From: an uncultured Acidobacteriota bacterium
GTDB lineage: Bacteria; Acidobacteriota; UBA6911
Length of the DNA stretch: 64,000 nt
Direction of reading: 5' to 3'
NCBI GenBank assembly: GCA_963827655.1
Contig: CAWHCF010000014.1
Coordinates: 1-64,000 of the forward strand
The notes below the pieces were generated by a model. The model saw only the letters and a program-made list of their open reading frames with translations. It was not told the DNA's origin and did no database searches. Below are positions 1 through 8,480 of the stretch, piece by piece. Position numbers and translations under genes: made by a program. Each line of letters starts with the position of its first letter. Position 1 is the stretch's first letter.

Positions 1-1793
1 GCCAGCTTGCGGATCTTCCGGGCGATTTCAGATACGGTTTTCGAGGTGCCTTCCACCGACGTTCCCTCGGGCAAATAGAGCGCCAGGTTCAATTCGCTCT
101 GATCATCGGGAGGTATCCAGTCACGTCCCACCAGGCGATTCAGAGGAAAACTGAGCGCAAAGACACCGAGCGATACCAGGACGATGACGGCGCGGTGATC
201 GAGCGACCATTCGAGCATCCGCCCGTAGGCGCGATCGGTCCAGCCAAAGAAGCGGAAATTCTTTGATGTACGCTCATGGCCATCGGCTGGAGTGTCGCTT
301 CCACTCTGATCCTTCCGGGCGAACCGAAGCAGGCGCGAGCTCCCCATCGGAGTCAGAGTGAAACTCACCAGCATCGAGACCACTATGGCAAATGCCATGG
401 TCCAGCCGAATTCGTTGACGTAGCGCCGCGCGTATCCCGTCATGAACGCGATCGGGACGAAAATGATCACAAGCGAGATAGTGGTCGCCAGTACGGCGAG
501 CGCGATCTCCTTGGTTGCTTCGATGGCCGCCCGTTTGGCCGGATAAGCCTTCTCCTCGATGTAGCGGACGATATTCTCGAGCACGACGATGGCATCGTCG
601 ATCACGATCCCCACCGAAAGCGTCAGCGCCAGCAGGGTCATGTTGTTCAGAGTGAAGCCCATCATCTTTACGAGGGTGAAGGTCGCAATCACCGAGGTTG
701 GTATGGCGGTGGCAGCGATGAATACCGAGCGCAGATCTCTGATGAAAAGCAGCACCACAAGGCTGGCCAGAAGGCTTCCGTACAGAAGGTGCTCCTGGAG
801 GGAGTCGATGGAAGCCTTGATGAAGACCGACTGGTCGCGAATGATCCGAAGGTCGACCCCGGCGGGGAGGGCTTTCCGGATCCCATCAAGCCTGCCCTTG
901 ACTGCATCGACGATCTTGACGGTGTTGGTGCCGGACTGGCGTCTCACCTCGAGCGTGACTGCTTCCCGGTCATCGATCAAATTGGATGAACGCACTTCTC
1001 CAAAACTGTCTTCCACACGTCCCAGGTCACTAACCCGGATCGGCGCGCCGTTGACGTTGGCAACGATAATCCGGCCGAACTGCTCGACGACATCGATTCG
1101 GCCGAGAGTGCGCACGCCGACCTGTTGCTCTCCGCGCACGATGCGCCCACCCGGTATGTCGACATTTTCGTTCTGGATTGCGCGCTCGAATTGATCGATC
1201 GTGATGCCGTAGGCACTCAGCTTCTCGGCGTCGACGAACAGGCGTATCTGGCGCAGCCTCGCGCCCGTGAGGCTCACCTCCCCCACGCCGTCAACGGTTT
1301 CGAGAACACGCCGAATCTGCTTATCGGCGATCTCCGTGGTTTCACGCAGGCTCTTGTTCCCCGAAACCGCAACCGATATCACCGGATCGGCATCGGGGTC
1401 CGCCTTCTGGATAATGAGCGGAAGCATGTTCGGCGGCATGTTCCGGATGGCTCCGGCGACCTTCTCACGAACGTCCTGGGCCGCGCTTTCGATATCACGC
1501 TCCAGCACGAATTGAGCTCTGACCCGGGCGTTTCCCTCGAAGATCGTGGCCGTCAGCTCGTCAAGGCCGCTGATCGTGCTGACGGATTCTTCAAGCGGGA
1601 AAACCACCTGCGTGGTCATTTCTTCCGGAGTTGCTCCTGGAAGGCGGGCGTTTATCGTCACGGTGGCCGGATCCGCCTTGGGGAATAGATCCAATCCAAG
1701 GTCACGGAATGAAAAGAGACCGAGCACGACCAGGAAAGTAATCAGCATCACGGCAAAAACCGGCCGTTTTACACAGGTTTCCGCAAGTGGCAT
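1..1793 (-). CDS. AcrB/AcrD/AcrF-family RND efflux permease (3' end outside window)
   Basis: Manual translation: starts MPLAETCVKRPVFAVMLI and contains VIIFVPIAFMTGYARRYVNEFGWTMAFAIVVSMLVSFTLTPM, typical RND TM segments. Lies downstream of an MFP gene. Confidence 0.9.
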   Translation of the reverse strand, partial: MPLAETCVKRPVFAVMLITFLVVLGLFSFRDLGLDLFPKADPATVTINARLPGATPEEMTTQVVFPLEESVSTISGLDELTATIFEGNARVRAQFVLERDIESAAQDVREKVAGAIRNMPPNMLPLIIQKADPDADPVISVAVSGNKSLRETTEIADKQIRRVLETVDGVGEVSLTGARLRQIRLFVDAEKLSAYGITIDQFERAIQNENVDIPGGRIVRGEQQVGVRTLGRIDVVEQFGRIIVANVNGAPIRVSDLGRVEDSFGEVRSSNLIDDREAVTLEVRRQSGTNTVKIVDAVKGRLDGIRKALPAGVDLRIIRDQSVFIKASIDSLQEHLLYGSLLASLVVLLFIRDLRSVFIAATAIPTSVIATFTLVKMMGFTLNNMTLLALTLSVGIVIDDAIVVLENIVRYIEEKAYPAKRAAIEATKEIALAVLATTISLVIIFVPIAFMTGYARRYVNEFGWTMAFAIVVSMLVSFTLTPMGSSRLLRFARKDQSGSDTPADGHERTSKNFRFFGWTDRAYGRMLEWSLDHRAVIVLVSLGVFALSFPLNRLVGRDWIPPDDQSELNLALYLPEGTSVEGTSKTVSEIARKIRKL

Positions 1794-1803
1794 TCATCAC
1801 TCC

Positions 1804-1910
1804 GATTGCGGATTGCGGATTGGATTGAGACCATCAATGCTGCTAGCTTTCAATCCGAAGCTCAATCCTTTTGGAACAATCCGCAATCTGCAATCCGAAA
1901 TCCGCAATTG
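1804..1910. repeat. Inverted heptamer tandem-repeat hairpin (GATTGCG)n ... (CAATCCG)n
   Basis: Left arm 1804-1827 and right arm 1877-1910 are mutually reverse-complementary; fills the MFP-RND intergenic gap. Confidence 0.85.
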
Positions 1911-1912
1911 AT

Positions 1913-3172
1913 TCAGGGGACTACCTCGACTGCGCCGCCATCCCGTAACTCCGCGGAATTGACCGGCAGCGCCACCCCGTCGCCTTCTTTCAGTCCGTCG
2001 ACGATCTCGACCATTTCGTTCGGACGTTCGCCGATTTTGACCTCTTTCTCGTTTAGCGACGTTCCTTCCACCACATATACCTTGTACACACCATAACTGT
2101 ACTGGAGAGCCGATTGCGGCACGAACAGACCTTGCTCGATCTTGTCGGAAGGAATACTGGCTTTTACGAAAAATCCCGGCTTGAGCAGCCCGCTAGGATT
2201 GTTAATCAGAGCCTCCGCCTCGAATGAGCGTGTCTGCTGGTCAACCGAAGGATTGATGCGCCACAGCTTGCCCGAGAATCGTTCTTTCGGGTACGCCTCT
2301 ACCGCGATCGCCACCGGCTGCCCCACCCGTATCCATCCTGCCATTTTTTCCGGCACCTTGAGGCGAGCGCGCAAGGGATCGACATTGACGATTATTATCA
2401 CCGGGGTCTGGACTCTGAGGTACTGCCCTTGAGTCACGACGCGTTCCTTGATCTGCCCGGCGAAGGGCGCGCGGATGACCGAGTCGTTCAGTTTCTTCTC
2501 CGCGAGCGACAAGAGTACTTTGTATTCTTGAAGCTGCGCGCGCAGGTGCTGGACGCTTTGCACCGCCAGGTCGTAAGCCGCGCGTGCGGATTTGTGCCGA
2601 GCTTCGGTCTCGTCGAAGCTTTCGCGCGGCAGCAGCCCCTGGTCCAGAAGAGACTTTCCCCGGCGGTACTTCTGCTCGGCATCATCGAGGTCGGCAGCCG
2701 CCTTCTTGACCTCGGCGGCCTCACGGACATCCTGCAGGTCTCCTTTCTCGTCGGCGAGTCCGAGCCGAGCCCGGACTTGCTGCAAGGAGGCGCGCTGCTG
2801 GTCCAGCGTCAATGCCAGCTCGATCGGCGACACCTTCACCAACGGTTGCCCGGCGCTCACCCGGTCGCCCACATCAGCCAGAACCTGGTCAACCTTGCCT
2901 TCAACCTCTGAGCTGACGGTCACTTCCTCATAGGGAAAGAGCGAACCGACCGACTCGACCTCGCGTCGGACTTGCTTCAGCTCGACGCGGGCAATCCGGA
3001 CCGCAGCCGGTTTTTTCAGTCCAGCCGCATCGACCTGTTTGCCCGGAATTCCCCTCGAGCAGGAAACAAGGCAAGCGGCCACCATAAGGCTGGCCGCCAA
3101 CACACCAGTAAAAGGGATCCTCCACCCTGGGCGGCGCCGCAAGGTTTCATTCAGTCTAGTACCAGGCATCAT
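1913..3172 (-). CDS. RND efflux periplasmic adaptor (MFP) subunit, probable lipoprotein
   Basis: EVTVSSEVEGKV..V.D.V..GQPL and IRAPFAG lipoyl-like motifs plus coiled-coil hairpin. Start moved to ATG 3172 behind GAAGGA; the longer ORF begins inside a repeat. Confidence 0.9.
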   Translation of the reverse strand: MMPGTRLNETLRRRPGWRIPFTGVLAASLMVAACLVSCSRGIPGKQVDAAGLKKPAAVRIARVELKQVRREVESVGSLFPYEEVTVSSEVEGKVDQVLADVGDRVSAGQPLVKVSPIELALTLDQQRASLQQVRARLGLADEKGDLQDVREAAEVKKAAADLDDAEQKYRRGKSLLDQGLLPRESFDETEARHKSARAAYDLAVQSVQHLRAQLQEYKVLLSLAEKKLNDSVIRAPFAGQIKERVVTQGQYLRVQTPVIIIVNVDPLRARLKVPEKMAGWIRVGQPVAIAVEAYPKERFSGKLWRINPSVDQQTRSFEAEALINNPSGLLKPGFFVKASIPSDKIEQGLFVPQSALQYSYGVYKVYVVEGTSLNEKEVKIGERPNEMVEIVDGLKEGDGVALPVNSAELRDGGAVEVVP

Positions 3173-3259
3173 TGCGTTTCCTTCAGAGCAAGCTCCACAT
3201 AACCCACTAAAGCGTTCGTCTACATATGCGCGCAAGCCGTTTTCCTGATCATTGGTTTT

Positions 3260-3294
3260 ACCACGAAGACGCGAAGACACCAAGACTCGAAAGG
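3260..3294 (+). repeat. Octamer tandem repeat half-site (ACNCNAAG family)
   Basis: A-CCACGAAG-ACGCGAAG-ACACCAAG-ACTCGAAAG. Confidence 0.75.
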
Positions 3295-3296
3295 AG

Positions 3297-5570
3297 CTAG
3301 TCCTTCGCCAGAGAGCTGGTCGCGCCGCTGCCCTTAGCCTCTGACTGTGCGATTTCGTTCAATTGCTTGATCTCTTTGAGCAAAAACTCGAAATCGGTGA
3401 AGGGATCGCCGCCGGTTCTGGCCCAGTGCACGCGGCCGCGCCGGTCAATCAAAATAGTCGAGTGCAGCGCGATGTCCTCGAAATCGTCGAACGACTTGAA
3501 GCGCCGCGCGTTTTCGAAGCGGGCGTCCGAAAGCAAACGGAACGGCAGCTCACCCACTTTGACCGAGGCGGCGTTCTCTTGCGGAGTATTGCTGCTGATG
3601 GCAAGCACATCCGTGTCGAGGCGGGAGAATTCATCCTTCTTCTTGGTAACCTGCACGAGCTGTTCGAGACAGTGCGGGCATTCCTGGCCCAGATAGAAAA
3701 TGAGCAGTACGTTCTTGCCGCGATAATCTTCGAGCGTGACCCGTTTGCCCTTGGAGTCCAAAGCATCGAGGAGCGGAGCCTGGTAAGGCTCCCAGGTGTT
3801 CGGGCCGAAGTGCTCCAGCGTAGTGGTCCTGTAGTTGCGCTGTTTCGCAGGCGACGTGTCTTGCGGTTTGGCTTCGACTCCGGCAGCCCTGGCGCGTTCC
3901 AGCCACTTCAAGCCCGGATCCGCGTCAGACCAGACGTAGAGAAGCCGCCCGTAGGCCTCTCGCGCCTTGTCCGTGTTTCCCATCGCAGCATGGGCCTCCA
4001 CCAGACCCGACAAGGCGAAGCCGTCATTTCGAACGGCCTCCAGTGCCTTTTCGAAAGCCATCGCCGCCAGCGAGGGACTCCTGCGAGCCAGGTAGGCACG
4101 GCCGAGCGTGTTGTAGAGAACGTTCGGGTAATCGGGCGGATCGTCATTGTCTTCACGCCGCTCCAGCTCCCGTTTGGCGGCCTCGGCCAGCAGGCCAAGA
4201 CCTTCGAGCGAGTCCTCTCTTTCGAGAGCCAGCAAGGCGCGCATTTCGACCGATTGGATGCCGTGCGCCTTACCCAGCCATTTGTTTTCAGATTTCTCGA
4301 GCTCCTTTATCAGGGACGAATGCGCGGCATAAGGCTTGGAAGCCTTGTCAAGGTTGTGGAGCCCGATGTGCGCCAAGGTTTCACAGTAGGCCTTGTACAT
4401 CTTGTCTCGCGTACTGTCCCCCCAGAAAAACGTCTTGGGAGCCAGAAGCTCGCCCCATCTCTCGAACTTGATCAGCGCGCGCATGAGCGCGATCGTCCCC
4501 TGCCACTGCGTGCCGTACTGGTCGGGATTGTCGTATTTCGGATCCCGGGGCGCCGCCAGCAGCTGTTTAGCGCCGTCGATCGCTGCGTCCGCCATCCCTA
4601 GCTGCTCCTGGATGTAGCTCAGGTAGTTCCGGTTGTGCGCGTAGTTCCAGTTGTTAAACGGGAAGATCATGCGCTGGCGCATGTACTGCTTCTCGACCCG
4701 GGTGGCAGAATCCATGGCAATGGCGGCTTCGTGCCACATTCCGACGCCGCTATAGACGTGCCCCGGCATGTGCTGCGCGTGGCCGACATAAGGGGCGACG
4801 GCGCCGAAGAGCCGGCAGCTGTCGAGCGCATAGTCTCCTTCCTTGCCATCCCAATTGTGAATTCGATAATGATGAGCTCCGGGATGCCGCGGATCCTTGG
4901 CCAGCACCTGCTGCAGGATCAAGTCGGTTCCGTAGCGACTTTTCCCGAGGTTCTCAAGCGCAAAGAGCGACTTCGCCTCCAGGTCGTCCGGATACTTGAG
5001 CGTCAACTTCTCGAGAAGGTACCTGAATCGTTCGCGTCTTCCATCGGCCGCCTCGCCAGTCGCCGCAGGATCCTTGGGCTCGGCGGGAGCGTAAAGCGCC
5101 TCCCATGCCTCGATATAGAGTCGTTCGCGTTCGCTGACCTTCTGCTTGCGGCGGGCCGCCTCCCTGATGAACGAAGCCGCCCTTTCCCCATCGGCTGCAC
5201 TCCGGGCCAGTCCCCAGTATGCCATCGCGCACTCAGGATCGAGTTTTACGCACCACCGGAATGCCCGCTCCGCCTCGTAGTACCAAAAAGAGTGAAGCAG
5301 CGCGTGTCCCTGGTCGAACCACATCTGGACCTCCGGGACCGAGGTCGAAATCGGAAAATGGGCCTTGCCGATTCCTTCCATGACCCACGGCTTTTGCCGG
5401 GGCCCCACGTCGAAGGCGTCTCCATGCCGCGAGTGCCCCTGCTTGTAGACCTCTTGAATGGGCTCCTTCGCCGGGCTCTGGGCGATAACCGGACGAACCG
5501 GCACTGCCAAGAGACCGATAGTCAGGAGACATGTGAATAGGGCGAGTCTGGACTGCAGCGCAATTTTCAT
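3297..5570 (-). CDS. Secreted TPR-like protein fused to C-terminal AhpC/TSA (thioredoxin-fold) domain
   Basis: Signal peptide; DPECAMAYWG, HPGAHHYRIH and HAQHMPGHVY motifs; C-terminal GKRVTLEDYRGKNVLLIFY..CPHC redoxin domain. Confidence 0.75.
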   Translation of the reverse strand: MKIALQSRLALFTCLLTIGLLAVPVRPVIAQSPAKEPIQEVYKQGHSRHGDAFDVGPRQKPWVMEGIGKAHFPISTSVPEVQMWFDQGHALLHSFWYYEAERAFRWCVKLDPECAMAYWGLARSAADGERAASFIREAARRKQKVSERERLYIEAWEALYAPAEPKDPAATGEAADGRRERFRYLLEKLTLKYPDDLEAKSLFALENLGKSRYGTDLILQQVLAKDPRHPGAHHYRIHNWDGKEGDYALDSCRLFGAVAPYVGHAQHMPGHVYSGVGMWHEAAIAMDSATRVEKQYMRQRMIFPFNNWNYAHNRNYLSYIQEQLGMADAAIDGAKQLLAAPRDPKYDNPDQYGTQWQGTIALMRALIKFERWGELLAPKTFFWGDSTRDKMYKAYCETLAHIGLHNLDKASKPYAAHSSLIKELEKSENKWLGKAHGIQSVEMRALLALEREDSLEGLGLLAEAAKRELERREDNDDPPDYPNVLYNTLGRAYLARRSPSLAAMAFEKALEAVRNDGFALSGLVEAHAAMGNTDKAREAYGRLLYVWSDADPGLKWLERARAAGVEAKPQDTSPAKQRNYRTTTLEHFGPNTWEPYQAPLLDALDSKGKRVTLEDYRGKNVLLIFYLGQECPHCLEQLVQVTKKKDEFSRLDTDVLAISSNTPQENAASVKVGELPFRLLSDARFENARRFKSFDDFEDIALHSTILIDRRGRVHWARTGGDPFTDFEFLLKEIKQLNEIAQSEAKGSGATSSLAKD

Positions 5571-5687
5571 GGTTACTCCTGTCGATCAAAATGTCTGTTG
5601 CCTGCTCGCGGGCTTCAAGACGGCCGGCGCGCGCGCCCCAAAGACACCGGTGAGACTCAAACCATCTTGCTGGAAGCGGCGCGAGCC

Positions 5688-6155
5688 TCACTCCGAAGGG
5701 GCATCCGGATCTTTGGTTTTGATTGCTTCGGCGTAGACCGCAACGGCGTAGCTCAACTCTTCGTCAATGTACAGATTGATCACTCGCATCGCGTCGAGGC
5801 CACCCCGGAGGTTTTCATCCAACCGTCCATCAAGCAAGCGGGCGCCGATCTGATCCAGGAGAGTAAACCGCAGCAGCGAGAGCTCCCGCACCAGTTCACG
5901 AGCGCGGTAGCCCTGGCGGAACCGGAGGTAGGCGTGGACGCGAGCTTCACGCGTATTGTGGAGCGCGGGATCCTCGCCCGACCGAAGCAATCCGCAAACC
6001 TCGTCCAGGACGGCCGGGATGTGATCGCGCAGGCCTTCCGCAGACAGATCGTCGTCCGAATGAATCCGGGCGTCCTCGCGAACCGAATCGACCCATGCGG
6101 CCGTTAATTCTTCGATGTGCTTTTCAATCAGATCCGCGAAATCAGCCGGTTTCAT
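5688..6155 (-). CDS. Stand-alone RsbRD N-terminal-like (globin-like helical) domain protein
   Basis: EELTAAWVDSV..LRDHIPAVLDE..ARVHAYLRFRQGY...ELVRELSLLR pattern; start ATG 6155. Confidence 0.6.
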   Translation of the reverse strand: MKPADFADLIEKHIEELTAAWVDSVREDARIHSDDDLSAEGLRDHIPAVLDEVCGLLRSGEDPALHNTREARVHAYLRFRQGYRARELVRELSLLRFTLLDQIGARLLDGRLDENLRGGLDAMRVINLYIDEELSYAVAVYAEAIKTKDPDAPSE

Positions 6156-6174
6156 GTGCTGTTGGCGACTCAAC

Positions 6175-6534
6175 CTATTTGGCACATCGAAGTAGGAGCG
6201 CTTCCTCCATGCATTCCTCGAATTCTCTGCCGTGGGTCTGCTTGACGAAATCGAGAAAGGTAAAGATGTTCTCGATCTGCTGCCGGTCAAAGCCGAAACC
6301 GTTCAGCAACTCTTGATTGGCACGAAAGGAGAACGGGTACGGAACAACTTGAAACTCGAGCAGAGTCGCTTCGTGCAATTTGAGGATCACGTCATAAAGG
6401 TCTTTCAGCACCCTGAAGGAAGACATCAGGCAATCATAGTGCCCGTGGCTCGCGCGAGTCAGCAAATAGAGGTAGTCCTCATTATAACTGCGGACAAATT
6501 GATTGAAATCTTTTTGAGTCAGCATCGGTTGCAT
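6175..6534 (-). CDS. Hypothetical protein (~119 aa)
   Basis: C-terminal part of ORF 6175..7200 (MQPMLTQKDFNQFVRSYNEDY...) has protein-like composition, fills the gap before the divergent amidohydrolase and is co-oriented with 5688..6155. Confidence 0.6.
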   Translation of the reverse strand: MQPMLTQKDFNQFVRSYNEDYLYLLTRASHGHYDCLMSSFRVLKDLYDVILKLHEATLLEFQVVPYPFSFRANQELLNGFGFDRQQIENIFTFLDFVKQTHGREFEECMEEALLLRCAK

Positions 6535-6702
6535 TTGGCATCCCAAAGCCGGGATTGCGTCATTGTGGGCGACCCCCACCACCGTGTCAAGTTCAGGCTC
6601 CTGCGTCTGCGGCTTGCCGGGGTTTCGCCGCGAAGACGCAAGGATAACGAAGAACCACCCTGGTCCTGGAGTTTTCATGATATAAGCAAGGAAAAGGGAA
6701 AG

Positions 6703-8322
6703 ATGATGCCGCACACACAAGGCTATGGGATGCGATTGCTCGGATTTCTGGCTGCGATCTTGTTTTGGAGCAACGCGCCCGGTCACCCGCAGGATGATGC
6801 GACCAAGTCCATCCTCAAGGCGCCCGGAAGGGCGGAGGGCGAGGGACCCTTTGATCGGCTGATTCTCCGAGGCGCGACCGTGATCGATGGAACCGGCGCC
6901 CCGGCTATCGGGCCGATGGACATCGTAATCGAGAAAGACCGGATCACTCACATCCGGAGTGTTGGCTTCCCTGACGTTCCGATTGACGAGACCAGACGCC
7001 CCAGAGCTAATCCAGGCGATAAGGTGATCGACCTCACCGGCATGTATGTGTTGCCCGGGCTTGTCGACATGCATGGGCACATCGGGGGTGACCGTCAGGG
7101 GACGCCGGCCGAATACGTTCTGAAGCTCTGGATGGGACATGGCATCACTACAATTCGGGATCCCGGCAGCGGAAACGGCGTCGACTGGACGCTGGAGCAC
7201 AAAACACGGAGCGCAAAGAACGAAATTACCGCCCCCCGCATAGAGGTCTATGCGAGATTCGGTCTAGGACACAAGGGGACCATCTCCACGCCGGAACAGG
7301 CTCGGGCCTGGGTATCGGAGATGGCGCAGAAAGGAGCCGACGGCCTGAAACTCGGCTCGCACCCGCCTGAAATCATGGCGGCAACCATTGACGAAGCGAG
7401 GAAGCGGGGACTGCGCACGGCCGCCCACCTGTCTCAAATGGGTGTCGCTGCGATGAACGTTCTCAACGCCGCCCGACTGGGACTCACCACCATGGAGCAC
7501 TGGTACGGCCTGCCTGAATCGCTCTTCACGGACCGGACGGTGCAGGAGTTCCCTCCTGATTATAACTACAACAACGAGCAGGACCGTTTCGGCCAGGCCG
7601 GCCGCCTGTGGAAGCAAGCCGCCCCGCCCTACAGCGAGCGCTGGAATGCCGTCATGAACGAGCTGATCAAACTCGACTTCACGCTCGTTCCAACGCTCAC
7701 GATATATGAGGCGAGTCGAGACCTGATGCGGGCGCGCAGAGCGGAGTGGCACGACGAATACACGCTTCCCTCGCTCTGGGAGTTCTACCGCCCTAACCGC
7801 AAGGCTCATGGTTCTTACTGGTTTAACTGGACGACCGAAGACGAGGTGGAGTGGAGGAACAACTATCGCTTGTGGATGACCTTCATCAATGAGTTCAAGA
7901 ATCGCGGCGGGCGCGTGGCTACCGGATCGGACTCCGGGTTCATCTACAAGCTTTATGGCTTCGACTATATTCGCGAACTCGAGTTACTGCGCGAAGCAGG
8001 GTTTCACCCCCTGGAGGTGATCCGGGCCGCAACCCTGAAAGGAGCCGAAGCGTTGGGACGCGCGAGCCAGATCGGAAGCGTCGAGGTGGGCAAACTGGCG
8101 GATCTGATCGTGGTGGACGAAAACCCGCTCGCAAATCTGAAGGTCTTTTATGGCACCGGGGCCATCAAACTCGATCGGAACAATGAGCCGGTTCGAGTCG
8201 GCGGCGTGAAGTACACCATCAAGGACGGGATCATCTATGACGCCAGGAAGCTCCTGGCGGACGTGCGCCGGATGGTTCGGGAATCCAAGGATCGCGAAAA
8301 GAAGGAAATCACACAACCGTGA
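6703..8322 (+). CDS. Secreted amidohydrolase-family protein
   Basis: VLPGLVDMHGH metal motif, GITTIRDPG, ATGSDSG and GSVEVGKLADLIV; signal peptide after ATG 6703/6730. Confidence 0.85.
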   Translation: MMPHTQGYGMRLLGFLAAILFWSNAPGHPQDDATKSILKAPGRAEGEGPFDRLILRGATVIDGTGAPAIGPMDIVIEKDRITHIRSVGFPDVPIDETRRPRANPGDKVIDLTGMYVLPGLVDMHGHIGGDRQGTPAEYVLKLWMGHGITTIRDPGSGNGVDWTLEHKTRSAKNEITAPRIEVYARFGLGHKGTISTPEQARAWVSEMAQKGADGLKLGSHPPEIMAATIDEARKRGLRTAAHLSQMGVAAMNVLNAARLGLTTMEHWYGLPESLFTDRTVQEFPPDYNYNNEQDRFGQAGRLWKQAAPPYSERWNAVMNELIKLDFTLVPTLTIYEASRDLMRARRAEWHDEYTLPSLWEFYRPNRKAHGSYWFNWTTEDEVEWRNNYRLWMTFINEFKNRGGRVATGSDSGFIYKLYGFDYIRELELLREAGFHPLEVIRAATLKGAEALGRASQIGSVEVGKLADLIVVDENPLANLKVFYGTGAIKLDRNNEPVRVGGVKYTIKDGIIYDARKLLADVRRMVRESKDREKKEITQP

Positions 8323-8323
8323 G

Positions 8324-8475
8324 GATTTACGATTGACGATTACGATTGACTTGACTTGGCGGCGTTCATGTCATCGAGGATTCATGCGCTGAGAAACAAA
8401 TACCACGAGGACACAAAGACACAAAGAAACACCACGAATCAATCGTCAATCGTCAATCGTAAATCGTCAATTCGT
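8324..8475. repeat. Inverted heptamer tandem-repeat hairpin (GATTGAC)n ... (AATCGTC)n with nested octamer repeat at 8402-8436
   Basis: Arms 8324-8355 and 8437-8475, between convergent genes. Confidence 0.85.
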
Positions 8476-8480
8476 ACGAT

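Noticed and set aside
6232-7200. Large bidirectional overlap between ORFs 6232..8322 and 6175..7200
   Set aside because: Both are over-extended; plausible starts at 6703 (+) and 6534 (-) give ordinary divergent genes.
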